This document shows positions 27,734 to 37,106 of a stretch of 44,565 nt of DNA, piece after piece. This stretch comes from an uncultured bacterium (lineage in GTDB: Bacteria; Abyssobacteria; SURF-5): NCBI GenBank assembly GCA_964607485.1, contig CAZSKP010000036.1, forward strand, positions 1-44,565, in the 5' to 3' direction. Both the position numbers and the translations under genes were made by a program. Every line of letters starts with the position of its first letter. Positions within the stretch are counted from its first letter, which is position 1. Under the pieces are notes generated by a model. That model saw only the letters and a list, made by a program, of their open reading frames with translations, was not told the DNA's origin and did not search any database.

Positions 27734-28498
27734 TCAGTCAACGTCCTTTTCGACCGGGTTTGTGAGCGAACCTATCTTTTCGATTCTGATTTCGATCGTA
27801 TCGCCGGGATTCATGGGCCCGATGCCGGAGGGAGTGCCCGTCGCGATTACGTCGCCGGGCAGGAGAGTCATAACCTCCGAGATGAAGCTCACGAGTTCCT
27901 CCACACCGAACATGAGCATGTCGGTGCTTGCCGACTGTTTCCGTTCGCCGTTGAGGTAGGCTTCGACTTTCAGCCCTTTCGGGTCGAGGTCGGTCACAAT
28001 GTGAGGGCCGATGGGGCAGAATGTATCGAACGACTTGGCGCGCGTCCATTGGCCGTCCATTCCCTGCATGAAGCGTTCGGTCACGTCGTTCAGGCAGGTG
28101 TAGCCGAAAATCGCCGTCCCCGCCTCTTCTGGGGATACGTGCTTGCACTCTTTCCCGATGATGACTGCAAGTTCCGCCTCGTAGTCGACCCTTGCCGCTT
28201 TGCGAGGGTAGATGATCGGCTGACCCGGTCCGATGACCGAGGTGGAGGGTTTTATGAACAGTATCGGGGCATCGGGTTTCTCCATGCCCGTTTCGTCAAC
28301 ATGTTCCTGATAGTTCAGCCCGACGGCGACCACCTTCGAGGGGAGCGTGGGCGCAAGGAGTCTCACCTCGGCCAGTCCGCGCCGATTGTTCGTTTTCTCT
28401 ATCCCGGCGAACGGTTCGCCTCTGAGCGCAGTTATTTCCTCGCCCTCAAGGATTCCATATTCGATGCCGTCCCGGTCAGTATAGCGGCAAATCTTCAA
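27734..28498 (-). CDS. Fumarylacetoacetate hydrolase family protein
   Basis: VGLNY..H, DYEAELAVIIG, GYTCLNDVT.R, WTRAKSFDTFCP.GP, TGTPSG. Confidence 0.93.
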   Translation of the reverse strand: MKICRYTDRDGIEYGILEGEEITALRGEPFAGIEKTNNRRGLAEVRLLAPTLPSKVVAVGLNYQEHVDETGMEKPDAPILFIKPSTSVIGPGQPIIYPRKAARVDYEAELAVIIGKECKHVSPEEAGTAIFGYTCLNDVTERFMQGMDGQWTRAKSFDTFCPIGPHIVTDLDPKGLKVEAYLNGERKQSASTDMLMFGVEELVSFISEVMTLLPGDVIATGTPSGIGPMNPGDTIEIRIEKIGSLTNPVEKDVD

Positions 28499-28679
28499 GG
28501 CAAAATCTCCCTTCGAATTTCATGGGCTGCGGGCGGAGCTGGGAAAAATCCGGATATCCGCCCGAGGGGATGTCTTACCGGCGGTTGGACGCCGACACAA
28601 TCCAAAACAATTGGAAATCGGGACCCGAGAGAGAATACTGGATGATTTTCTCGCCTGGGCAACCGCGATTTCGGGGCAA

Positions 28680-28709
28680 ATTCTAGCATTCAATCGAGTT
28701 TTCTGTCAA
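28680..28709 (-). promoter_or_regulatory. Promoter of FAH-dapL-fol-pan operon
   Basis: TTGACA-N18-TAGAAT with extended TG. Confidence 0.6.
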
Positions 28710-28797
28710 TAACAATCTCCGAGAGAAAGCCTGTGACGGCCACCGGGTTAGGAAGTTCCGGGCGAGCGCGGCAGCGACGAATGCGGTCTCCCTCGAT

Positions 28798-29187
28798 TCA
28801 GAAGGGCAGCTTCAGCAGTCCGCTTTTTGCGAGCGCGACTATGAGCACTGTGTAGATGGACGAGACGATGAGCGTCTTGCGAAGTCCCCAGTGTTTTCCT
28901 GCATCTCCCCTGTGGAGGGCATATTCCGCGCCCCGATGCATCATCACGATGCCTGCGACATTTGTGGCCCAGTAGGCCAGCAGCATGACGGGCAGGAACA
29001 AGCGTTCAGAAACAAGAGAAGCCGCCCATCCGCAGGCGTATGCAATGGGTATGTTGACGACCGCGTCGTTCCACCAGCTTGCCGGAGACAGGATATATCC
29101 GACGATCGCGAGCACGCCGCCCCACAGCCGACGACGCTTCGGTATGGGCGGGGTAGGAGGAATATGTTCGATGCTGACGATTTTCAT
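28798..29187 (-). CDS. Hypothetical membrane protein (about 3 TM)
   Basis: GYILSPASWWNDAVVNIPIAY motif; start placed at ATG 29187 because the longer ORF overlaps the divergent gene. Confidence 0.7.
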   Translation of the reverse strand: MKIVSIEHIPPTPPIPKRRRLWGGVLAIVGYILSPASWWNDAVVNIPIAYACGWAASLVSERLFLPVMLLAYWATNVAGIVMMHRGAEYALHRGDAGKHWGLRKTLIVSSIYTVLIVALAKSGLLKLPF

Positions 29188-29284
29188 TGCACTCAACCCG
29201 TGTTGGAAATGGCGCCCGCGGAGGGCGATCATGGCCCTCCATCGAGCTGTCTCGGGACTTTCACGATGCCGGTCGCCGTACACA

Positions 29285-29313
29285 TTGACTGGCCCCGTTG
29301 TTATAAGTATAAT
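29285..29313 (+). promoter_or_regulatory. Promoter of acyltransferase
   Basis: TTGACT-N17-TATAAT. Confidence 0.65.
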
Positions 29314-29335
29314 CAAAATAAGGACGGTGTGACAT

Positions 29336-30343
29336 ATGCGCGCAGAGAAGACGAAGGCCGATGCTGCCGTAAAGGCATATCCGGAAGAAATAATGAAGCC
29401 GGTGCCCGAGTGGTACTGGGAACTGGTGGCCCGGAAGTTTGTCAAGTCGCTTATCGTTCGTCTGAAAATACGCCAGCAGGTCGAAGGCGCGGAAAATCTG
29501 ACAGAGGCGATGGAAAAAGACCGCCCCGTATTCTTCTTTTCCAATCATGTCAGTTGGGCCGACCATTTCCTCATTATGAACATGATAGACGACTGCGTTA
29601 AGGTGCCGGTATCGGCCCTTTGCAAGGAAAAGTATTACAGGTATCCCTTCTTCGGATGGGTATTGCGGAAAGGCAATCAGATACCCATCACCAACGTCAA
29701 GCTGTGCTTCGCTCGATGGTACAAGCAATCCAAGGGACACCTGGCACGCGAGCGCGATTTCATCCAGTTCATGAACACCGAGGGCGGAAACCTGTACCAT
29801 GAAGTCAACGTGCTCAAGAGGCAATCGCTCGTTCGTACCGCCGTGTATACTCACGAGATGCTCGCGAGGAAACGCTTCATACTCGGTTATCCGGAAGGAA
29901 CGCGAAGCCACCGAGGCTCCATGCAGCCGATAAAAACCGGCATAATGCAGCTCCCGTTTGAATGCAAAGCGATCATTGTACCAACCGCCATTTCGGGAAC
30001 GGACAGGATACTGCCCAAGGGGATGAAGTGGTATAACATCTTCAAGTTCTACCGGCTTGACGGCGCCCTGACAAAGGTGAGATTCGGGCATCCGATCGAT
30101 TACTCTGAGCTTCTGGAGCGGTGTGAGACGAAATTTGAACGCATCGAGGACATGGTGAACCTCGAGAACACGAAGATGCTCCAGGAGTTGATCGAAAAGG
30201 ACCAGTTCCGGGCATACACGATAGAGGCCGAAAAATTCGAGCGTGTATTCGACGAATCGTCCCTGATAATCATGCGGGCGGTAAATGAGATGCTGCCCGA
30301 GGAATACCGAACCGAACAGGTCGAAATCAAGTATCCGAGGTGA
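29336..30343 (+). CDS. Lysophospholipid acyltransferase (PlsC-like)
   Basis: NHVSWAD (HX4D), YPEGTRS, IVPTAISG, VRFGHPI. Confidence 0.88.
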   Translation: MRAEKTKADAAVKAYPEEIMKPVPEWYWELVARKFVKSLIVRLKIRQQVEGAENLTEAMEKDRPVFFFSNHVSWADHFLIMNMIDDCVKVPVSALCKEKYYRYPFFGWVLRKGNQIPITNVKLCFARWYKQSKGHLARERDFIQFMNTEGGNLYHEVNVLKRQSLVRTAVYTHEMLARKRFILGYPEGTRSHRGSMQPIKTGIMQLPFECKAIIVPTAISGTDRILPKGMKWYNIFKFYRLDGALTKVRFGHPIDYSELLERCETKFERIEDMVNLENTKMLQELIEKDQFRAYTIEAEKFERVFDESSLIIMRAVNEMLPEEYRTEQVEIKYPR

Positions 30344-30430
30344 CAAATCGGCAGCAATGTTGAAGCGAGTCTGGCGCTGTGATTCGACGGTGGCCGCTCA
30401 AGCCGCCGGGAACCCCGCAAGAGAGCGGCC

Positions 30431-30733
30431 ATGAACGGCGGCGGGCGAGAAAGCCGGCTGTGGACGGCGCGCTTCGTGCTGAGGTCGGCAGGCGCCGCGG
30501 CGCTCGTGATCGTCGTGTCGATGGCGCTCCTTGGCGCGTATGTTTTCGACTTCACAGATTCGGCGAGGTCGTTCTTCATCTACTGGACCGCGTTCTTTGT
30601 CTTGCTTATGGGCGTGATTCTGCTGGCGATGTTCGACGCGGCCGCGACGATTGTCAGGTTCAGGAAAGAGCGGACCAAGCTGCGTAAGGCGTTCCGGCAC
30701 GAATTCGGCAGCAGACACGGCGACGGATCTTAG
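30431..30733 (+). CDS. Hypothetical two-TM membrane protein
   Basis: Two hydrophobic helices, FFIYW, basic C-tail. Confidence 0.65.
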   Translation: MNGGGRESRLWTARFVLRSAGAAALVIVVSMALLGAYVFDFTDSARSFFIYWTAFFVLLMGVILLAMFDAAATIVRFRKERTKLRKAFRHEFGSRHGDGS

Positions 30734-30770
30734 AAATCTGTAGCGCAAATGCATCATCTGCGACAAGAGT

Positions 30771-30848
30771 GGATTCCCGCTTTCGCGGGAATGACAATAC
30801 ACTGGGAATTCCCTAGGATGTCATTCCCCGGCTTGACCGGGGAATTCA
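30771..30848. repeat. Pair of inverted REP-like palindromes
   Basis: GGATTCCCGC-TTTC-GCGGGAATGACA and TGTCATTCCCCGG-CTTGA-CCGGGGAAT. Confidence 0.75.
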
Positions 30849-30893
30849 TCAGAATTCATTTGGGCAGCACGCACTGAGGATCAGACCTGACTT

Positions 30894-31853
30894 ATGAAAG
30901 AAGACAATCGTCTGAAAGAACTGTACGAGAAGTTTCGCTCGGGAGACCGGCTGGCGCTCGCGAGGGTGATATCGCTCGTCGAGAACCGCTCCGAAGGCTT
31001 CGAGGAACTACTGCACAACATCTTCCCCTCCACCGGGCGGGCGCATCGGATAGGAATGACCGGGCCTCCGGGCGCCGGCAAGAGCACGCTCACGTCGCAC
31101 ATCGCAAAGGTCTTCCGCTCCTCGGGCAATACAATCGGCATCATCGCGGTCGACCCCACCAGTCCATTCACCGGCGGCGCCATACTGGGCGACAGGATTC
31201 GGATGTCCGACATCGGGCTCGACCCCGACATCTTCATAAGGAGCATGGCCACGCGCGGAAGCCTGGGCGGGCTCGCAGTCGCCACGAACGAGGTGGGCGA
31301 CGTCATGGACGCCTTTGGCAAGGACATCGTCATCATGGAAACGGTCGGCGTCGGACAGTCAGAGCTCGACATCGTCTCGGCCGCCGAGACCACGATTGTC
31401 GTGCTTGTGCCCGAGTCGGGCGACGGCGTTCAGACGATGAAAGCCGGCCTGATGGAGATAGCCGACATCTTCGTTATCAATAAGGCCGACCGTGAGGGCG
31501 CCGACGGACTCGCACGCGAGGTGGAGGCGGTGCTGTCGATGCGCGAGGCCGCCGACGGCTGGACTATTCCCGTGCTGCTGACCACTGCGGTACGAGCCGA
31601 GGGGATAGACAGACTCGTCGAGGCCATCGAACGACACCGAAAATTTCTCACGTCCTCCAAACTGCTCGAGGCCAAGCGCAAGGAACGCATTCGTAAGCGG
31701 ATTCGCAATCTGGTCGCGATGCGCATCGAGTCCATCGTGCAGGAGAACGCGGAGATCCAGGAACTCATCAAGAATTATCTCGAATCGGACCAAACCAAAG
31801 AAACGCCTTACACGCTGGCGGATGAGGTTGTGAAGAAGCTCGGAATGACCTGA
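30894..31853 (+). CDS. meaB: Methylmalonyl-CoA mutase-associated GTPase
   Basis: GPPGAGKST, AVDPTSPFTGGAILGDRIRM, ETVGVGQSE, NKAD. Confidence 0.95.
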   Translation: MKEDNRLKELYEKFRSGDRLALARVISLVENRSEGFEELLHNIFPSTGRAHRIGMTGPPGAGKSTLTSHIAKVFRSSGNTIGIIAVDPTSPFTGGAILGDRIRMSDIGLDPDIFIRSMATRGSLGGLAVATNEVGDVMDAFGKDIVIMETVGVGQSELDIVSAAETTIVVLVPESGDGVQTMKAGLMEIADIFVINKADREGADGLAREVEAVLSMREAADGWTIPVLLTTAVRAEGIDRLVEAIERHRKFLTSSKLLEAKRKERIRKRIRNLVAMRIESIVQENAEIQELIKNYLESDQTKETPYTLADEVVKKLGMT

Positions 31854-31980
31854 GGCGTGCCTCTTGGCGGGTGCTTCAGTTCGTTTTTCTGGTTTCTTCT
31901 TCCAATCTTCCTTCCCCAAAACCCGATTTACGTGTTATAATCTAAATTGAGCCATCCACCAACAGGAGGAGGAACCCGTC

Positions 31981-32676
31981 ATGAAATCAATCGCCACGGT
32001 TCAGAGAAGTCGTGTCTCTACAAGGCCTTGCAAGCGATTCGTTTCTCCGGCCCCGGAAAAGGTGACCGGCGTCTATCGGCTTTCGGTAATGTCGGAAAAA
32101 CCTTTCCTCGTGGACATCGGGCGGCGGTTCAGCAACGTCCGCAGCTTAGAGGTGTTTCATGGCCTGCCAATGTACCTGGATTCCCTGACAAATGTCTCCG
32201 GCCTGGATTTTTGGGGATCTCGCGACAATCCGCTGAAGTTTTCGCTCAAACTGAAGAAAAGGAAAAGCGCTGGCTTTCGCATCACGGCTGATGAGGTACT
32301 GCCCGAACAACTTCAACTTGAAGAAAGGGTGGAAGTAGGCTCCCTCAATACTCGCATGCCTTATGACGGCCTGTGGAAACACATCCGTAAGATGCGGGAG
32401 GAGCGGAACCCGCGGCTCAAGTATCATTTTCTCAACGATGAATCGAGTCTTGATGTGAACGAGGTGGTGGCAACCTCCTTCTCCCTTGGACTTGGAGGAT
32501 TATATGTGATTCCACTTGTGCTCTCCGCGCTCGGGTTATCATACGCGGCAATGGTAACGGTATCCGTGAGTTGCGACCCTTGGCGGACCTACATCGATGG
32601 ACGCCTCTATAAGAACCTCAAAGAGATAAGGGTGCAGTTGCGCGAGGGCAACATCACCGGCTACATGACAGCATAA
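31981..32676 (+). CDS. Hypothetical protein
   Basis: AGGAGGAGGA RBS; extended -10 TGtTATAAT at 31933-31941; hydrophobic stretch near C-terminus. Confidence 0.7.
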   Translation: MKSIATVQRSRVSTRPCKRFVSPAPEKVTGVYRLSVMSEKPFLVDIGRRFSNVRSLEVFHGLPMYLDSLTNVSGLDFWGSRDNPLKFSLKLKKRKSAGFRITADEVLPEQLQLEERVEVGSLNTRMPYDGLWKHIRKMREERNPRLKYHFLNDESSLDVNEVVATSFSLGLGGLYVIPLVLSALGLSYAAMVTVSVSCDPWRTYIDGRLYKNLKEIRVQLREGNITGYMTA

Positions 32677-32716
32677 TCTCACTGCCTCCTCCGCATACCG
32701 ATGGGCAAAGGCTTCC

Positions 32717-33835
32717 ATGGCTAATATTCCAACCAAAGCGGCGACAGGTCTTCGTACAGAGGCGGGCGATCACCGTTTTCTTACCTCCGGGACTGCGCCG
32801 TTTCTCAAGTGCATCCACAATGTCTCGCTTGCCTGCACGATGAAGCGGCCACTGCTGCTCAGCGCCGATTCAGGGATGTGTGCCGTGGGGGAGTCGATTA
32901 GTCTTCTCGAGAAAGGATGCTTTCAGCTTTCTCCCTTTGAGCCGGTTGAGCTGACAATCACCTTCAAGACTCCCGCGTATCTGCTCACCACCGCGAAGCT
33001 TTTTGAAATTCTCTGCCGGCGTTACAATCTTCAAATCAAGCTGTATTCGAAATGGGAGCTAAACATCTGGCCGCTCTTCCTGGATTACTATCTCGAAAAC
33101 GGGCGGTGGCCGGATACGATCGAGTGCATGCGCGAGTTCGGCGGGAGGATTATCGCCGATTTCCGCCAGAATGGACTCCCGCAACTTCACAGGCTCTCAA
33201 AATTGCGGCGACTGAGGAAAGAGCTTCCGATTGTTTTAATGACACGCCTGAACGTCAAATCCACGCTGCGAGAGTGGGCGAAAAAGCATTGGGCCACAAT
33301 CTACCGCAAGTTCTTCAAATCCCCTTCGTTCGCCGAGATGGACGCGAACGCGGCGTTGATGAAATCGCTCAGAGGCCAGGGAGAGGGGCTGGTGGCGCTG
33401 AAGTCGGTGGCGAACGAAGACGACCATGCTTTCGCGATGCCGTTCGAGTTTGCAGCGGCGGATTTTCTGGAATGCAGGAAGACCGTCGGCCTTGCAAGGA
33501 GCGATGGTCCGATTGCCTCCAGTCGTTCGAAGGTCGTGAGTTCGGTTCAGTTACATGCGGCCTGCCTGGGACCCATTGTGTTGCCTGCCGCAATTGCGGG
33601 AGAGCGACTGCAGTTTCCTCTCATATCCGGCGCAAAGAGAGCCTACGGCGCAGTCATGAGGGCGCCGATTATCGTCAAGGGAATCAGTGTTTCCGGCAAG
33701 ATCGAGGCGAATCAGCCGAAGGTGGACAGGCGTCTGAAGATTATGTTGCTCAACTTCATTTTTTCAAAGCGGTCACCTGCAGTTTCCGAGAACCCCGCCG
33801 ATTTGCGCCTCGAGATGAGCGGGAATGAGTCCTGA
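32717..33835 (+). CDS. Hypothetical protein, possibly degenerate P-loop ATPase
   Basis: 372-aa ORF co-oriented 40 nt after the previous gene; PLLLSADSG and RIIADF segments. Confidence 0.65.
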   Translation: MANIPTKAATGLRTEAGDHRFLTSGTAPFLKCIHNVSLACTMKRPLLLSADSGMCAVGESISLLEKGCFQLSPFEPVELTITFKTPAYLLTTAKLFEILCRRYNLQIKLYSKWELNIWPLFLDYYLENGRWPDTIECMREFGGRIIADFRQNGLPQLHRLSKLRRLRKELPIVLMTRLNVKSTLREWAKKHWATIYRKFFKSPSFAEMDANAALMKSLRGQGEGLVALKSVANEDDHAFAMPFEFAAADFLECRKTVGLARSDGPIASSRSKVVSSVQLHAACLGPIVLPAAIAGERLQFPLISGAKRAYGAVMRAPIIVKGISVSGKIEANQPKVDRRLKIMLLNFIFSKRSPAVSENPADLRLEMSGNES

Positions 33836-33882
33836 TCTGGTATCGCCGGACCGTTCAGCGCCCGAAAGGCTACTCCCCGTCC

Positions 33883-34965
33883 TTATTTGTACTCCCCGTA
33901 TTTGTGAGCCGCATGCACCATCGCAATGTAGTTCTCGGGCTTGCAGCCGGGGTGAATGCTGTTTGAGGACGACATGATGTAGCCGCCTCCCGGAGCCGCC
34001 TTCTTGATGGTCTCGCGCACCGCCCTCTCCACCTCGTCGATGTCGCCCTCGCAGAGCACGTACATGCAGTCGATGTTGCCCATCACGCACGCGCGGCCGC
34101 TGATGCGCCGCTTCACCTCGGCGATGTCCATGCATTGCGGCTGGATGGGGTGGATGCCGTCGAAGCCGCAGTCGAGCAGCATGTCGAGTATCGGCCACAG
34201 GTTGCCGTCGGAGTGCTTGAAAATCTTCGCGCCCTTGCGATGCACGTTCTCGACGATTTCGGTGTGATACGGCGCGAGGAACTCGGCGTACTGGCCGGGC
34301 GACATGAGCGTGTTCGTGTTGAACGCCAGGTCGCCCTCGAGCGCTATCACCTCGGCGCCGCCGTCGATGGCCATCGAGTGAAACTGCATGAAGTAGTCGG
34401 TCGAGATGCGCGCGAGCTCGTGCACGAGCTTGGGCTGGAGCAGGTAGTCGGACAGCAGATTCTGCATGCCCCCGCGCAGTCCCCAACTGAACCGGAACGG
34501 GCCGGGCGTGAGAAACACGAGCGCGCGACGATCCTTGAATTTCTGCGCGGCGAACTGCAAGCCTATCAGCTCGGCCTCACTCGGGGGGTGGAGCCTGAAC
34601 CCTTTCACGTCGGCCGCCTCCTTGATAGGGCCGTCTATCGGGAACGGCTCGCCGTGGTCGCTTAGGTGGTACACGATGCCCACCTCGTCGCGAATGCGCA
34701 TCTCGTCAACCTTCTCGCGCTGTCCCAGGGGCAGGAGCGTGATGCCGTCGAGGTCGAGCGACTCGACCAGCGTGCAGAGCGCCTCGAACAACTGTACCTT
34801 CTCCTCCAACGTCATGTGGCTCACGTGCTTGAGCGCGGGAACGTCGGAGGTGAAGTTGCGAGCGATCCCTATGATGCTCGCTTCGTTGAAGCCCATCTCC
34901 CAGACAGGCACTCTGTCGGGCTGCTTGAGCTCGAGTGCCGTCAGCATTCTCTCGCGGGGCTGCAT
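33883..34965 (-). CDS. Uroporphyrinogen decarboxylase (URO-D/MtaA) family protein
   Basis: MQPRERMLTAL...PDRVP, DLAF....LMSP, KHSDGN, HPIQP, GNID, GGGYIMSSSNSI; AAGGAGAGG RBS. Confidence 0.9.
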   Translation of the reverse strand: MQPRERMLTALELKQPDRVPVWEMGFNEASIIGIARNFTSDVPALKHVSHMTLEEKVQLFEALCTLVESLDLDGITLLPLGQREKVDEMRIRDEVGIVYHLSDHGEPFPIDGPIKEAADVKGFRLHPPSEAELIGLQFAAQKFKDRRALVFLTPGPFRFSWGLRGGMQNLLSDYLLQPKLVHELARISTDYFMQFHSMAIDGGAEVIALEGDLAFNTNTLMSPGQYAEFLAPYHTEIVENVHRKGAKIFKHSDGNLWPILDMLLDCGFDGIHPIQPQCMDIAEVKRRISGRACVMGNIDCMYVLCEGDIDEVERAVRETIKKAAPGGGYIMSSSNSIHPGCKPENYIAMVHAAHKYGEYK

Positions 34966-35138
34966 CTGAAGACCTCTCCTTCTGTTTACAGCAACAAAAC
35001 TCCGTTCAAGAAATGACGTTATCAACTGAGTCATATGATATTGAAACCCAACAAGATTTGCAACCGCAAGGACGGGTCGGGCGCGCGCGTGAGAATTTGA
35101 TATAATGTCGAGCAACGACACGGGTCGTATTCGCTAAG

Positions 35139-36536
35139 ATGCTCCGTAGCCGGAGATGGTCGATGAAGTCGGTCGAAGGAAAAGACAGGTTACCTTCCGG
35201 ACGAATATTCAGCCATTTCGGTGTTATCGCTCTGGCCTTGGGCTTTGTCGGGGCAATTATCGTTTCGAATGTCGTAGTGCGGTTCATCTGCGAAAAAGTC
35301 GTGGCATTCTACTGCCCGCGTTACTGGCCGGTAAGCATCGTCGTGCCTCGCTTGCCCGATTGGAGAAACTGCGTCGTCGCCGCTATTGTCGTGCTTGTGT
35401 TCATGCTGGCTATCCGGCTGTTGTTCCGACGTGGGCTTAAGATCTTCCACATCATCATTTTCGGCGTCGTTCTTGTCATAGGCTCCAACCTCGTCCAGGG
35501 CTGGGAGGGCGGATTCACCATTCCCGTCGCAGGCGGCGTGAGCAAGGGAATACAGCTCTATCACGACGCGATAAAAATCAGGGACCCCGTGCTCTTCTTG
35601 AGGCAGTTTGAACAAGTGCAGCAGGATCTCCTCGTTCACTCGAGAGTGAATCCCCCCGGCGCTGTCCTCCTCTTCTATTTGTTGTCCAAACTTGTTGGGA
35701 ACCCGGCATATATCGCGGTTGTTATAGCTGTCGTTTCCGCCTCTCTCTCGATGTTCTTCCTATATGGAATACTATCAACCGAATTCGCGGAGGATGGCCT
35801 GGCAGGATACGTGACCTTCTTGTTCATCCTCATTCCAGGGGTGCAGATTTATTATGCCGCCACGCTTGACGCGCTGGTAGCGAGCTTCCTGCTCGGAGTG
35901 TTATATTTTTTCATGCTCCGGCGACACTCGGTCAGCATCATCGGTTCTGTGGTTTCTCTTTTTCTTGCGTCGTTTCTGAAGTTTCTGTTCGTCTTTATTC
36001 TTCCGGTCATTGTGGCGCTCGACATTCTGAAGAGAAAAAGCATTCGGAGGTCCGGCCTTATATTGCTAAGCATTGTGTTGGTTTACACGCTCATTTATGC
36101 CGTCTTTGGCTTTAATTACGTCAACTCCTTCGTGACGGCCTCCGTCATTGACAACCCGGAAGGATTTAGGCTTTTCGCTGACCCAGCCTCTTACGTATTC
36201 ACAAGGCTTGCGGGAGTGTTTGAGATCATCGTGTTCTTCGGGCCTTTCTTGAGTGTCGCCGCCGTGCGCGGCATTCGTGCCGAGGGGAAGCCCAGATCGA
36301 CCCTGACGCTTGCGACGTGGACCGCCGCCGGCACGCTCTGCGCCATGTTTCTTGTCGGTGTATTCCGTTATGGAGAGACGGGCCGGGTGTGTTTATTCTT
36401 CTACCCCTACATGGTAATTCCGATCGCCTCGTATCTGAAGCATACAAGAGTTTCTTCAAGCGACAAAAAGCTTTTGCTCTGCCTTGTGTTTGCTCAAACG
36501 ACCCTCATGCAGATGTTCGGCAATTATTTTTGGTGA
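35139..36536 (+). CDS. Polytopic membrane protein, probable GT-C-type glycosyltransferase
   Basis: More than 10 TMs; H...NPPGAVLL, DAL, GET.RV motifs; start may be 35163. Confidence 0.6.
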   Translation: MLRSRRWSMKSVEGKDRLPSGRIFSHFGVIALALGFVGAIIVSNVVVRFICEKVVAFYCPRYWPVSIVVPRLPDWRNCVVAAIVVLVFMLAIRLLFRRGLKIFHIIIFGVVLVIGSNLVQGWEGGFTIPVAGGVSKGIQLYHDAIKIRDPVLFLRQFEQVQQDLLVHSRVNPPGAVLLFYLLSKLVGNPAYIAVVIAVVSASLSMFFLYGILSTEFAEDGLAGYVTFLFILIPGVQIYYAATLDALVASFLLGVLYFFMLRRHSVSIIGSVVSLFLASFLKFLFVFILPVIVALDILKRKSIRRSGLILLSIVLVYTLIYAVFGFNYVNSFVTASVIDNPEGFRLFADPASYVFTRLAGVFEIIVFFGPFLSVAAVRGIRAEGKPRSTLTLATWTAAGTLCAMFLVGVFRYGETGRVCLFFYPYMVIPIASYLKHTRVSSSDKKLLLCLVFAQTTLMQMFGNYFW

Positions 36537-36585
36537 AGGCGACTCTAAACAGCGGGAACATACGGAATAGGAGGGGCAATAAGGC

Positions 36586-36993
36586 ATGAAAAACTACGTT
36601 CCACTCATAGCGCGAATTCTGATCGCCCACATCTTTCTGATGGCCGGCGTCGGCAAGATCATGAACCCTGCGGGCACTCAGGCGTACATGGCCGCCCACG
36701 GCATGCCGTTCACCGGCTTCTTCCTGCTCGGCGCGATGGCCGTCGAGATAGGCGGCGGGCTGTCTGTTCTACTGGGCTACAAGGCCCGCTGGGGAGCCTC
36801 AGCGCTCGCACTGTTCCTGATTCCCACGACCCTCATCTTCCACACCGCCTTTTCCGAGCAAATGCAACAAACCATGTTCATGAAGAATTTGGCCATCATG
36901 GGTGGACTGCTGATGGTCGCGTATTTTGGCGCGGGTCCGCTGAGCTTCGACTCGCGCTCTGCCTCCCCCGACACTCAAGAGAAGACACCCTGA
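36586..36993 (+). CDS. DoxX family membrane protein
   Basis: ARILIAHIFL.AG.GK, EIGGGL..LLG, FMKNLAIMGGLL...GAGPLS.D. Confidence 0.93.
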   Translation: MKNYVPLIARILIAHIFLMAGVGKIMNPAGTQAYMAAHGMPFTGFFLLGAMAVEIGGGLSVLLGYKARWGASALALFLIPTTLIFHTAFSEQMQQTMFMKNLAIMGGLLMVAYFGAGPLSFDSRSASPDTQEKTP

Positions 36994-37106
36994 GAGACGG
37001 GGGGCTTTTGGGGGCCGCGAATTTCGATGATTCCCATGCGGCGTCGCCATTGCCCTTCCACTTGAGAACGCCGGGATTTGCCACACGCATGCCCCTGATT
37101 CCGGCC

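Noticed and set aside
28640..28665. CGCCTGGGCA resembling the ZTP riboswitch 3' end
   Set aside because: Wrong strand for the operon and the 5' aptamer half is missing
30894..31853. meaB without adjacent mutase as a novelty
   Set aside because: Mutase genes are often encoded elsewhere; cannot be judged from this window
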